Shown here in pieces: positions 1 to 9,231 of a DNA stretch of 64,000 nucleotides. Each line of letters opens with the position of its first letter. The first letter of the stretch is position 1. Under the pieces are notes generated by a model. It had not been told where the DNA came from and ran no database searches. It saw only the letters and a list, made by a program, of their open reading frames with translations. Source of the DNA: an uncultured Pelagibacteraceae bacterium (GTDB lineage Bacteria; Pseudomonadota; Alphaproteobacteria; Pelagibacterales; Pelagibacteraceae); assembly GCA_902539745.1 (NCBI GenBank), contig CACBKA010000005.1:10957-74956 (forward strand), written 5' to 3'. The translations under genes were made by a program, and so were the position numbers.

Positions 1-154
1 TTGAAAAATCTTTGGCCTCTTGTAATGATTTATTCGATATAAGCTCTTTTAAAGTCTGTGCTCCTTTAATTTTACCTGTTAGATCTGTGATATTATTTCC
101 ATCAGAAATACCGAATTTTGGCTGGCCTTTAAGTAAAAAAGAAACAAATTTCAT
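1..154 (-). CDS. Fumarylacetoacetate hydrolase (FAH) family protein, N-terminal fragment; gene continues past the window start
   Basis: Hand translation of the reverse strand from ATG at 154-152 gives MKFVSFLLKGQPKFGISDGNNITDLTGKIKGAQTLKELI. This resembles typical FAH/2-keto-4-pentenoate hydratase family N-termini. The frame is open to position 1. Not in the ORF track because it is partial. Confidence 0.45.
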   Translation of the reverse strand, partial: MKFVSFLLKGQPKFGISDGNNITDLTGKIKGAQTLKELISNKSLQEAKDFS

Positions 155-207
155 AAATTATTATATGTGCCTTTATCTATTAATCTCTGCTAGGCTACAA
201 TATTCTT

Positions 208-687
208 ATGCAAATTAAAATAAATAAAATTTTTGACTATGCAGCAATAATATCTGGACTGATTTTATTCTCTTTAGCTATACTTACTTTTTGCGATGTT
301 TTTGGAAGACGTTTTTTAAATTCACCCGTTGCAGGTACAATAGAAATTGTAGAATTTGGTATTGCATTAGTTGCATTTCTTGCAATGCCTCGAGCTTTTT
401 TTTTAAATGATCATGTATCAGCTGATTTTATAAAAAACATTGCTATTTCTAAATTACAAATTTTTATTAAAATTTTCAGATTTATTTTGATGTTAATAAT
501 AATGTCATTTGTTGCATACGGTACCACAAAAGAAGCATTTGCTTTTTTTGAAAACAAGAGAGTTACAATTGATCTGGAATTAAGTTTTTATCCGTTCTAT
601 TTCGCAACAGCTATAGCAATGTGGTTAAGTGTTTTAGCAATAATACTTTGGTTTATTCAATCTATAACAGAGAGAAATAGTAAATGA
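208..687 (+). CDS. dctQ: TRAP transporter small permease subunit (DctQ family)
   Basis: 159 aa, four hydrophobic helices. 4-nt ATGA overlap with the downstream DctM-type gene. Confidence 0.8.
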   Translation: MQIKINKIFDYAAIISGLILFSLAILTFCDVFGRRFLNSPVAGTIEIVEFGIALVAFLAMPRAFFLNDHVSADFIKNIAISKLQIFIKIFRFILMLIIMSFVAYGTTKEAFAFFENKRVTIDLELSFYPFYFATAIAMWLSVLAIILWFIQSITERNSK

Positions 688-1994
688 GTTTTGATCCAAT
701 AGTAAACGGTGCTTTAGCTTTTTTAGCTGTTCTAATTTTAATGGCACTTAATATTCCAATTGGAATTTCAATGCTGATAGTAGGTTTCACTGGATTTGGT
801 TTCATAGTTGGTTTTGAACAAGCTTTTTTTATTTTAGGAACGGCACCATATGAAGCTGTATCAAAATATAGTTTATCAGTTTTACCTTTCTTTGTTTTAA
901 TGGGTAATCTTGCAAATAGAGCAAACCTTTCTAGAAATCTTTATGACGCTGCATATGCAATAGTTGGTCACTATAAGGGTGGCCTTGCAATGTCAACTGT
1001 TGGTGCCTGTGCTGGATTTGGAATGATTTGTGGTTCTTCAATTGCAACCGCAGCAACAATGTCTCAAATGGCAGCCCCAGAAATGAGAAGACATGGTTAC
1101 AGCGATGCGTTGATAAGTGGATCGATCGCATCTGGTGGGACTTTAGGAATAATAATCCCACCAAGTGTCATTTTAGTTATATATGCCTATCTAACAGAAC
1201 AATCCGTTCAAAAACTTTTCTTCGCTGCATTAATACCAGGTTTAATAGCTGTTGTACTTTATATGGTTGCTATACGTGTTTATCTTTTAATTTATCCTGA
1301 CCAAGGTGGTTACGGAAATAAAATGCCATTTAAAGAAAGAGTAGCTGCTTTATGGAAAGTTTTTCCAATATTTTTAATTTTTGCAATTATCATGGGTGGA
1401 CTTTATTTAGGATTTTTTACCGCAACAGAGAGTGCTGCGGTGGGTGTGATACTTGTTTTAATTTTTATTTTTTTAAGACGACAATTAACTTTGGAAATGT
1501 TGAAAAATTCAGTCTGGGATACAATTAAAACTGTTGGTGCACTTTATCTTATAGTAGTAGGTGCTGCAGTATTTAATGTTTTGATAACTGTTACACAATT
1601 ACCTTTTACCGTGGTTGATTTTATTAACGACTTACAATTAAGTCAGGTTGGAATAATTCTTGTTATTTGTGCAATATACTTAGTGCTTGGAACAGTAATG
1701 GATTCTCTTGCTATGTTATTTTTAACAATACCAGTTTTTTACCCTGTAATTGCTGATGCAGGAATAGATCCAATATGGTTTGGTATATTCGCTGTTATAG
1801 TTGTTGAATTTGGTTTAATTTCTCCACCAGTTGGAATGAATTTGTTTGTTATTAAAGGTGTAATGCAAAAAACTCCTCTTCAAACAATTTGGTTTGGAAC
1901 ACTTCCTTTTTTATTTACTGATATGATTAGACTTGCACTTATTATTGCATTTCCTGCAATATGTTTGTTTCTTCCAAGTTTAATGATGTCTTAG
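684..1994 (+). CDS. dctM: TRAP transporter large permease subunit (DctM family)
   Basis: 436 aa polytopic membrane protein with typical DctM length and sequence character. Translationally coupled to dctQ. Confidence 0.9.
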   Translation: MSFDPIVNGALAFLAVLILMALNIPIGISMLIVGFTGFGFIVGFEQAFFILGTAPYEAVSKYSLSVLPFFVLMGNLANRANLSRNLYDAAYAIVGHYKGGLAMSTVGACAGFGMICGSSIATAATMSQMAAPEMRRHGYSDALISGSIASGGTLGIIIPPSVILVIYAYLTEQSVQKLFFAALIPGLIAVVLYMVAIRVYLLIYPDQGGYGNKMPFKERVAALWKVFPIFLIFAIIMGGLYLGFFTATESAAVGVILVLIFIFLRRQLTLEMLKNSVWDTIKTVGALYLIVVGAAVFNVLITVTQLPFTVVDFINDLQLSQVGIILVICAIYLVLGTVMDSLAMLFLTIPVFYPVIADAGIDPIWFGIFAVIVVEFGLISPPVGMNLFVIKGVMQKTPLQTIWFGTLPFLFTDMIRLALIIAFPAICLFLPSLMMS

Positions 1995-2317
1995 TGTTCG
2001 TGTTTCTCTATACCGTGTTGCTCTAATAAATCGTGCATTCTTTCGTGTTCTTTATAAGTTAAGCTATAAAAAACTGCAGCAGTCACAAATGATCCAAGTA
2101 CAACACCTTGTATAAATCTAAAAATAGTTTTTCTGTTCCTAGCTTTAGTTTCATCATTCATTTTTAAACCTCTTTTTCGTGACTCATAGAATTTATAAAC
2201 TGCATATAATATCAAAATAATACTTATTGCCCACGAAATAGGATGATTTACTACAGCTATCATTGAGCCTCCAAGTAATGCAGCTATAAAACCACTAATC
2301 CAACAAATTGGGCACAT
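1991..2317 (-). CDS. Small membrane protein of unknown function (N-terminal CPIC, His-rich C-terminal tail)
   Basis: 108 aa with 3 predicted TM helices. Starts MCPICW and ends HERMHDLLEQHGIEKHEH. Last gene of a co-directional string. No family recognised. Confidence 0.5.
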   Translation of the reverse strand: MCPICWISGFIAALLGGSMIAVVNHPISWAISIILILYAVYKFYESRKRGLKMNDETKARNRKTIFRFIQGVVLGSFVTAAVFYSLTYKEHERMHDLLEQHGIEKHEH

Positions 2318-2320
2318 AAT

Positions 2321-3166
2321 TTATTTTACGAAAGTTCCGCTATGATAATCTTCTATAGCTTGCTGAATTTCAGCTTTTGTATTCATTACAAATGGTCCAC
2401 CTCGAGCAATTTGTTCACCAATTGGTTTACCTGATATCAATAGAAATTTAGCTTTTGAAGTTGCTAGAACTTCTAACTCATGGCCTTTATCTAATAAAAT
2501 TAGTGTAGAGTCTTTTGTTTGTTTATGTTCCTTGTCTCCAATTTGAATTTCTCCTTCAATCAAATAAATAAACGAATTATGTGTTTTAGGTAATTTAAAT
2601 TTAAAATATTTATTTTCATTTAATTCAACATCAAAATATATTGGTTCAACATTATGTTTTTTGACTGGTCCTTCTGCTTTTTCAAATTTACCTGCAATAA
2701 CTTTTACTTGTTTATCTTCATCTTTGTGAATACTCATTTTTTTTGAGTCTATATAAATATATTCAGGTTTGTTCTTTTTAAATTTTGCTGGCATATTTAT
2801 CCAAAGTTGAAAGCCATGAAGTTTACCTTCTTTCATTGCAGGCATTTCTGAGTGAATTATTCCGCTTCCTGTTTTCATCCATTGAACATCGCCTGCTGTC
2901 ATTCGTCCTTTTCCACCGGTGCTATCTTTGTGTTCAAATTCACCAGCTAACATATATGTAACTGTTTCTATACCTCTGTGTGGGTGAGCGGGAAACCCAG
3001 CAACGTAGTCATCTTTATTTTCTGATCCAAATTCATCTAACATCAAAAAAGGATCAAAATAGTTTGGTTCAACACCAATACTTCTTTTTAATTTAACACC
3101 AGCTCCGTCTGAAGCGGGTATTGGATCAATAATTTTACTAATTTCTACTTTACTCATTATTACCAA
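2321..3166 (-). CDS. Pirin family protein
   Basis: Bicupin with metal-site motif FPAHPHRGIETVTYML. 281 aa. The start may be M4 (3157) rather than 3166. Confidence 0.85.
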   Translation of the reverse strand: MVIMSKVEISKIIDPIPASDGAGVKLKRSIGVEPNYFDPFLMLDEFGSENKDDYVAGFPAHPHRGIETVTYMLAGEFEHKDSTGGKGRMTAGDVQWMKTGSGIIHSEMPAMKEGKLHGFQLWINMPAKFKKNKPEYIYIDSKKMSIHKDEDKQVKVIAGKFEKAEGPVKKHNVEPIYFDVELNENKYFKFKLPKTHNSFIYLIEGEIQIGDKEHKQTKDSTLILLDKGHELEVLATSKAKFLLISGKPIGEQIARGGPFVMNTKAEIQQAIEDYHSGTFVK

Positions 3167-4740
3167 ACTCCAATCATTATATCGTCCTCTTTTGTATAAT
3201 CTCTATCCTTTAAAACAAACTCATCAGAAGCTGCAACTCTATTTTTCCTACTCACTAATTTTTTAAGTAATAACTCTTTCATCTCATTTCTTACTTTAGA
3301 ATAATCTTTGGACTGACCTAAATCTTCAAATTCCTCTGGATCATTTTTTAAATCAAATAGCTGAGGTGGAAAACTTTTAAAATAAATATATTTCCATTCG
3401 TTATTTCTAATCATATATCCTCGCGCGTCTGAAGCACCTAAATTAAGTATCTTTCTAGCTTCATTAAATGAATAATCAATTTCACTAAATACCGCATCTT
3501 TCCAATTAGCAATTTTATCAGAATTTATTAAGGGTATTAAAGAATTGCCTTCTAGTCTGTGTTTGCTTTCTTTACTTTCGACCGCATCTAGAAAAGTGGG
3601 TAAAAGATCAATTGCTTCGACAAAACGTTTTTCTTTTTTCCCTCTAGTTTTGTTAGCCATTTCCCTTGGGTCATAAATAATCATTGGAACTTTTACTATT
3701 TGTTCATGAAATAGTTCTTTATCTCCTAACCAATGGTCTCCAAGATAATCACCATGATCAGATGTAAAAATTATCATTGTGTCTTTCATGTTTCCTTTTT
3801 TTTCAAGGAAATCAAAAAGTCTACCTAGGTTATCATCAATTTGTTTGATTAATCCCATATAACCTGACATAACTGTATTTCTAACCTCGTCTTTTGAAAA
3901 AGTTTTCGAGACTCTCGTTTCTACAAAAGCTTTATAAACTGGATTCATATTTTCTTTTTGTTTCTCATTTCTTTGAACTTGATTAAACTGATTTTGAGAA
4001 AACATATTGTGATATGGGGCTGGGGCAATGTAAGGCCAATGTGGTTTGATATAGGATAAATGTAAAAACCAAGGCTTATCAGAACTGTCCTCTATAAACT
4101 CCATGGCTCTATTGGTCATGAAAGCAGTTTCAGAATGTTTTTCTGAAATTCTTGCAGGTTTATTTGAGTTTCTTAATTTCCAGCCGCTAAGTAATTCGCC
4201 ATTCTTTCCTTCAGCAGAATTAGCCCAACTGTCCCATGGATTATCTCCATCGTAACCAAGTTTATTCAGCCATTCATTGTAGGATAATTTTTTTTTATAT
4301 TTTTTAACATGGTTATTTGGGTGAAGACCATCGTCTCTTTCATAAGGCTCAAAACCTGGTTCACTTACAATCAAACCAATTTCTGTATCTTTATTAATAC
4401 CAAGACGTGCCATACCTTCTGCATCAGGCTTCATATGTGTCTTACCAACAATTCCAGTTCTTATTCCTGATTTTCTTAAGTAGTCACCAATTGTTAACTC
4501 TCCAATTGGAAGGGGAACTTGATTCCAAGTTGAACCATGACTGAAAACTGTTCTGCCAGTATAATAAGAAGCTCTTGATGGACCACAAACTGGTGATTGC
4601 ACGTAAGCAGATTCAAATAACACGCTTTTTTTAGCTAGACTATCAATGTTTTTTGTTTGTAAGTGTGGATGGCCATAACATGAAAGATAATCCCATCTTA
4701 ATTGATCAGCCATAATAAATAAAATATTTTTTACCTTCAT
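3160..4740 (-). CDS. Sulfatase-family hydrolase (alkaline phosphatase superfamily), resembling the phosphonate monoester hydrolase subgroup
   Basis: N-terminus ILFIMADQLRWDY. Cys-type formylglycine motif CGPSRASYYTGR. Also WFLHLSYIKPHWPYIAPAPYHNMF and IIFTSDHGDYLGDH. 526 aa. Confidence 0.85.
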   Translation of the reverse strand: MKVKNILFIMADQLRWDYLSCYGHPHLQTKNIDSLAKKSVLFESAYVQSPVCGPSRASYYTGRTVFSHGSTWNQVPLPIGELTIGDYLRKSGIRTGIVGKTHMKPDAEGMARLGINKDTEIGLIVSEPGFEPYERDDGLHPNNHVKKYKKKLSYNEWLNKLGYDGDNPWDSWANSAEGKNGELLSGWKLRNSNKPARISEKHSETAFMTNRAMEFIEDSSDKPWFLHLSYIKPHWPYIAPAPYHNMFSQNQFNQVQRNEKQKENMNPVYKAFVETRVSKTFSKDEVRNTVMSGYMGLIKQIDDNLGRLFDFLEKKGNMKDTMIIFTSDHGDYLGDHWLGDKELFHEQIVKVPMIIYDPREMANKTRGKKEKRFVEAIDLLPTFLDAVESKESKHRLEGNSLIPLINSDKIANWKDAVFSEIDYSFNEARKILNLGASDARGYMIRNNEWKYIYFKSFPPQLFDLKNDPEEFEDLGQSKDYSKVRNEMKELLLKKLVSRKNRVAASDEFVLKDRDYTKEDDIMIGVW

Positions 4741-4742
4741 TT

Positions 4743-5657
4743 TTATTTAATTCCAAATCTGAGACTTTTATCAACTGTTTTTCCATCTAGTGTTTTTAAT
4801 TCAATTTTAATATCTTTATTAAGTCTCATATCTTTATTATTCTTCCAAAGACCAGCTGCCAAATGAATTATGCCAATTCTGTCATTAGGAAGATAAGGTT
4901 CAACAAAAGTGTCGTTCTGAATATCGTATTTTGGTAACAAATGACTTGTAATCCAATTGCATTTTAAAGGTAGGAACTCAACTGGTACATTATCGTGATA
5001 AACAGCAATATTAATTGCTAAACCTTCTGATCCAAAGACTTTTCCTTTTGATAAAGTTTTTTCTAAATTTTTTTGCCAAACTTCCCAACATTTAGAATTT
5101 TTTTCTAAAGAAAAAACACCAATATTAATATGTGGTGCAAAGGCTAATTTTCTTGAAATTTCATCTTCAATTCCTGAAGCTTTAGCATGTTTATAATTCT
5201 GTGATTTTATAATGGCTACTTTTCCTAATAACCATTTAACTTTTGACATTATTCTATAACCTGGACCAATACTTTGTGTTATTCCCAATTTTCCATTATC
5301 ACATGCTTTAAAGTAAAGCTTTACTGCAGACCAAGAATTTATCCATGCATCGCAGTCTATCCAAAGATATTTTTCAAATTCTGGAAAATATTTTGGAAGA
5401 AAAGCTCTAGAGACTTGGCTTTTTAACCATTCTTTTTTTAAGACTTTGTATCCTGGAACTTTAATATCCCACTCAGCTTTTTTAATTGCGTATACCTTTC
5501 CTTTCAAATCTTTTCTTTGTTGGTCAGTTAAACCAGCATCTAAAACACAGATTGAAATACTTTTGCTATCGTCATGTTTATTTATAGAATCAATTAATTC
5601 ATTTAATAATTCAAAATAATTGGAGTCTGCTAGAGTTACGATAGCCTTAGAATTCAT
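4743..5657 (-). CDS. Putative GT-A fold glycosyltransferase (GT8-like)
   Basis: 304 aa. N-terminus AIVTLADSNYFELLNELIDSI, candidate DxD motif WIDCDAW. Abuts the GT17-like gene. Confidence 0.5.
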   Translation of the reverse strand: MNSKAIVTLADSNYFELLNELIDSINKHDDSKSISICVLDAGLTDQQRKDLKGKVYAIKKAEWDIKVPGYKVLKKEWLKSQVSRAFLPKYFPEFEKYLWIDCDAWINSWSAVKLYFKACDNGKLGITQSIGPGYRIMSKVKWLLGKVAIIKSQNYKHAKASGIEDEISRKLAFAPHINIGVFSLEKNSKCWEVWQKNLEKTLSKGKVFGSEGLAINIAVYHDNVPVEFLPLKCNWITSHLLPKYDIQNDTFVEPYLPNDRIGIIHLAAGLWKNNKDMRLNKDIKIELKTLDGKTVDKSLRFGIK

Positions 5658-6554
5658 TTAGTTTTTAAGTATCCAATGATTAAATTTTTCTTTATTTGTT
5701 TGAATGTAATTAGGTAACTCATTTAAATCTGTTATTTTGAGTTTTGTATGGCTTCTATCTTTTGACTCTTTTGAATTTGCCATTAAATCATATACAGGTT
5801 TTTTTTCTTTAATCATTTTATCAATATCTTTTGGTCCTATATTGCTTTGGTCATATTCAGGATGATGTAGATATGATCTTAATTTTTTATCAATTTCTTC
5901 AGGTGTTTTAATATTTGTAAAATGCCATCCGCCATTATCCACAAAATAAATACTATTATATTTTTTTTTTGAAAAGTAAGTATCGAGTCTCCACATAGGA
6001 TATTTTTTATCTTTAACCTCTCTTAACCATTGTGGTGAAATAAGATCGATTTTTTTACATGATTTTGATCCACACCAAATCATCTTGTCTAATAATAGGT
6101 TAAATTTATAGTAAAACATTTTCTGTTTAAATAAAATTAACTTTGTTTTAATATTTTTAAAATTGACTTTTTCTAAATTGGGAATTTCATCAACATCAGA
6201 GATAATTATTTGGTCATTGGCATCAGCAGATCCTAATAAATTATTAATTGCATTTCTCTGTGAATTTTCAAACCAGACTGCATTCATAATGGTTTTATTT
6301 TCTTTTACGTGATCAGTATCATATGAATTAATAGTTTCAACCATGTCAGGTTTTTTTTCAACTACATAATATTTAATTTTATCTTTAAATTTTTTATATT
6401 TTTGTAAATCAAAAACTAAGTTTCTTTTTTGACCACTGTGGGTAAAAGTACTTTCAACAATAACAAATTGATCAACGAACTTATTCAAAATATTTAATCT
6501 AATATCTAACAACATTTCTTCGTCATAAAACATAAAACAATCAAATATTTTCAT
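5658..6554 (-). CDS. Glycosyltransferase family 17-like (bisecting GlcNAc-transferase family)
   Basis: N-terminus MKIFDCFMFYDEEMLLDIRLNIL and ISDVDEIP are characteristic of GT17. 298 aa. Confidence 0.7.
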   Translation of the reverse strand: MKIFDCFMFYDEEMLLDIRLNILNKFVDQFVIVESTFTHSGQKRNLVFDLQKYKKFKDKIKYYVVEKKPDMVETINSYDTDHVKENKTIMNAVWFENSQRNAINNLLGSADANDQIIISDVDEIPNLEKVNFKNIKTKLILFKQKMFYYKFNLLLDKMIWCGSKSCKKIDLISPQWLREVKDKKYPMWRLDTYFSKKKYNSIYFVDNGGWHFTNIKTPEEIDKKLRSYLHHPEYDQSNIGPKDIDKMIKEKKPVYDLMANSKESKDRSHTKLKITDLNELPNYIQTNKEKFNHWILKN

Positions 6555-6979
6555 TTTACTTTTATTTTTTTATTTTTTGAAATCACTATGTAATTATTTC
6601 TATAACCACAATCTTTATAACCCTGTATAATTAAATTTAGATACCTTTTGCTTGGAAGAATGTGCTTTGTTTTTTTTGGCATATAATAAAACATGACCTT
6701 TTTGCCAAGTAATCTAAAATACTTTTTAATATATGTTTTTGGAAAATCTTCATAAATATCAAGTTCTCTCTCATCTTTTTTTGAAATTTTGTATATTGCT
6801 CCTAAAACACTACTGTTGTTTTTTTTTTCCACGTCAGCTACACCGCCGCCCAAAAAATAATTTCTAAAAACGAGTTTATAGTTTTTAAGACTGTAGCAAC
6901 CAATATATTTTGAATCTCTACATCGTCTCTTCATTTGTTTCTGATTTAAATTACTACCGAAAGCAAAATATAACATCAT
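6551..6979 (-). CDS. Gamma-glutamylcyclotransferase-like (AIG2/GGCT fold) protein
   Basis: N-terminus LYFAFGSNLNQKQMKRRC is the GGCT-family signature. 142 aa. Confidence 0.7.
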   Translation of the reverse strand: MMLYFAFGSNLNQKQMKRRCRDSKYIGCYSLKNYKLVFRNYFLGGGVADVEKKNNSSVLGAIYKISKKDERELDIYEDFPKTYIKKYFRLLGKKVMFYYMPKKTKHILPSKRYLNLIIQGYKDCGYRNNYIVISKNKKIKVK

Positions 6980-7737
6980 TAACCTTTAAATATCTTTATT
7001 TTTTTCCTGTTTAACATTTTAATAATTGTTTTGTGGCAAGATTGTAGTCGTAATTTATTTGATGATCTAATCACAATTGATACACCTATTTTGCCCAATC
7101 TGAAAAATGGATAACTCCCGATATCTACATACTTTTTGTATTTTTTTTGAGCCCTCTCCAATTCTCTAGCTATACTACTTTCAACAGTAACTGTAGAAAT
7201 ACTTGTGCTATATATTTTTGATCCTGGTTTTAAATATTTTTTTAAATTATAAACCATTGACCTCAATATTGATGGCACACCCGGAAGGCAAATAACATTT
7301 TTGATCATAAAACCAGGTGCGGCACTAGCTGGGTTTAAAATTAATTTTGAGCCACTAGGCATTTTCGCCATTTTCTTTCTAGGATCATTGAAATCTTTAT
7401 CACCATAATATTTTAATAAAATATTATAAGCTTCATTATGATAAATATATTTTTTCTTAAATGCTTTTGATATTGATTTAGAAGTAATATCATCATGAGT
7501 TGGTCCTATTCCCCCTGTGGTTAAAACATAGTCGTTTTGTTTACTTAAAGAAAGAGCGTTCTTTATAATTTCTCTTTCTTCATCTGGAACTATTCTTACT
7601 TCTTTAACTTTAATTCCTAAATTATCATTCAACCATAGAGCTAAAAATGAAATATTTTTATCAATTGTTCGACCAGATAAAATTTCATTTCCAATAACCA
7701 ATATACCAGCAGAAATTTTTTTATTTTTTTTGTTCAT
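6979..7737 (-). CDS. CinA-like / molybdopterin-binding (MoCF_biosynth) domain protein
   Basis: GILVIGNEILSGRTIDKN and TTGGIGPTHDDIT motifs. 252 aa. Confidence 0.75.
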   Translation of the reverse strand: MNKKNKKISAGILVIGNEILSGRTIDKNISFLALWLNDNLGIKVKEVRIVPDEEREIIKNALSLSKQNDYVLTTGGIGPTHDDITSKSISKAFKKKYIYHNEAYNILLKYYGDKDFNDPRKKMAKMPSGSKLILNPASAAPGFMIKNVICLPGVPSILRSMVYNLKKYLKPGSKIYSTSISTVTVESSIARELERAQKKYKKYVDIGSYPFFRLGKIGVSIVIRSSNKLRLQSCHKTIIKMLNRKKIKIFKG

Positions 7738-7757
7738 ATTTTGTTAATATTACAAAA

Positions 7758-8462
7758 ATGGATTTTGAAAATAAATTAATACCAGGTGTTCTAATAAAAA
7801 GATATAAGCGATTTTTTGTTGATATTAAATTAAAAAATAAAACTGTAACTGCACACTGTCCTAATCCTGGATCAATGATTAACTTACTGGACAAAGGAAA
7901 CCAAGTATGGATAACAAAATCTACAAATCCTGATAGAAAACTTCAATATACTCTTCAAATTATAAAAGCCAATAAAATTAAGATTTGTATAAATACACAT
8001 ATAACAAATAAGATAGTTCAAGAGTCAATTAACAATAAGCTTATTAAAGAGATTAAAGATTTTAATATTATTAGACCTGAAAAGACATTCGGCAAAAATA
8101 CGAGATTTGATTTCCTTTTACATAATAATAAAACTGATAAAAAAGCATTTCTTGAGGTAAAAAGTGTTTCATTACAACGACGTAAAGATCATGCAGAATT
8201 TCCTGACTCTGTAACAAGTAGAGGTAAAAAACATTTAGAAAATTTAATAAATGCATTTCAACAAGGTTATGAGAGTTATCTTATGTTTCTCATTCAAATA
8301 GAAAAATGCAAATCTTTTAGTATAGCTGCAGATATTGACCCAGAATATTATAAAGTTTTTAACAATGCGTTAAAAAAAAATGTAAATGTTATTTGTTATG
8401 ATTGTAAATTTACAAACAAAGGAATAGAAATAAATAAGAAAATTGATTTATTTAATGAATGA
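7758..8462 (+). CDS. sfsA: Sugar fermentation stimulation protein SfsA homologue
   Basis: 234 aa. N-terminus LIPGVLIKRYKRFFVDIKL and EVKSVSL...AEFPDSVTSRGKKHL are typical SfsA. Confidence 0.8.
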   Translation: MDFENKLIPGVLIKRYKRFFVDIKLKNKTVTAHCPNPGSMINLLDKGNQVWITKSTNPDRKLQYTLQIIKANKIKICINTHITNKIVQESINNKLIKEIKDFNIIRPEKTFGKNTRFDFLLHNNKTDKKAFLEVKSVSLQRRKDHAEFPDSVTSRGKKHLENLINAFQQGYESYLMFLIQIEKCKSFSIAADIDPEYYKVFNNALKKNVNVICYDCKFTNKGIEINKKIDLFNE

Positions 8463-9231
8463 TGAAATTTTAGAGTCCTTTGAAGGTACAAGAAAAGCTG
8501 GTGCTATTGCAGCTGGAGCTTTGGACGAGTTAAATTCAATTATTAAACCCGGGGTAACAACTGAAGTTATAGACAAGTTTTGCTACGAATATATTAATGA
8601 CAACGGAGCTTATTCTGCGCCACTATTTTATAGGGGTTTTCCAAAATCTTGCTGCACGTCTACAAACCACATTGTATGTCACGGGATACCACAAAATAAA
8701 TTATTGAGGGATGGTGATATAATAAATGTTGATGTCACGGCAATTAAAGACGGATGGCATGGTGATACAAGTAGAATGTTTTTAGTAGGAAGCGTATCAG
8801 TAAAAGCCAAAAAATTAGTTAAAGCTACTTATGAATCAATGATTAAGGGAATCAAAACATTAAAAGAGGGATCTTTTACTGGAGATATAGGATCTGCAAT
8901 ACAAAGTCATGTGGAACAAGAAGGTTTCTCAGTAGTAAGAGACTTTTGTGGTCATGGTCTAGGTAAAAAATTTCATGAACCTCCAAATATTTTACATTAT
9001 GGAGAACCTAAAACTGGAAAAAGACTGTCTGCAGGAATGTTGTTTACAATTGAACCAATGATTAATGAGGGTGAATATAATACAAAATTGCTACAAGATG
9101 GTTGGACAGCAGTTACTAAAGACAAGTCTTTGTCAGCACAATTTGAACACACAGTTGGAGTAACTAGTAATGGTTATGAAATTTTTACTTTATCTAAGAA
9201 AAAATTGGATCTACCTGAAACATTAAAATGA
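8455..9231 (+). CDS. map: Type I methionine aminopeptidase
   Basis: Metal-ligand context VCHGIP, DVT, GHGLG, FTIEP, FEHT. I prefer the ATG at 8455 (MNDEIL) over the track's TTG at 8443. Confidence 0.9.
   Translation: MNDEILESFEGTRKAGAIAAGALDELNSIIKPGVTTEVIDKFCYEYINDNGAYSAPLFYRGFPKSCCTSTNHIVCHGIPQNKLLRDGDIINVDVTAIKDGWHGDTSRMFLVGSVSVKAKKLVKATYESMIKGIKTLKEGSFTGDIGSAIQSHVEQEGFSVVRDFCGHGLGKKFHEPPNILHYGEPKTGKRLSAGMLFTIEPMINEGEYNTKLLQDGWTAVTKDKSLSAQFEHTVGVTSNGYEIFTLSKKKLDLPETLK

Noticed and set aside
12-218. 68-aa plus-strand ORF at the window start
   Set aside because: It lies antisense to a much more convincing FAH-family N-terminus (minus strand, ATG at 154). It also runs through the dctQ promoter region and has a low-complexity, improbable sequence.
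5961-5970. Homopolymer tracts as phase-variation switches: T10 at 5961-5970 in the GT17-like gene, T10 at 6819-6828 in the GGCT-like gene, T10 at 61100-61109 in the E1-alpha-like gene, and several A9/T9 runs
   Set aside because: They encode Lys runs (AAA AAA AAA). They are also frequent in housekeeping genes here, for example purL at about 13170-13200. In a genome this AT-rich they are compositional, and no evidence of frameshifted alleles is visible.
8443-8454. TTG start for methionine aminopeptidase (MIYLMNDE)
   Set aside because: An ATG four codons downstream (8455) gives a normal Map N-terminus and a shorter overlap with sfsA.
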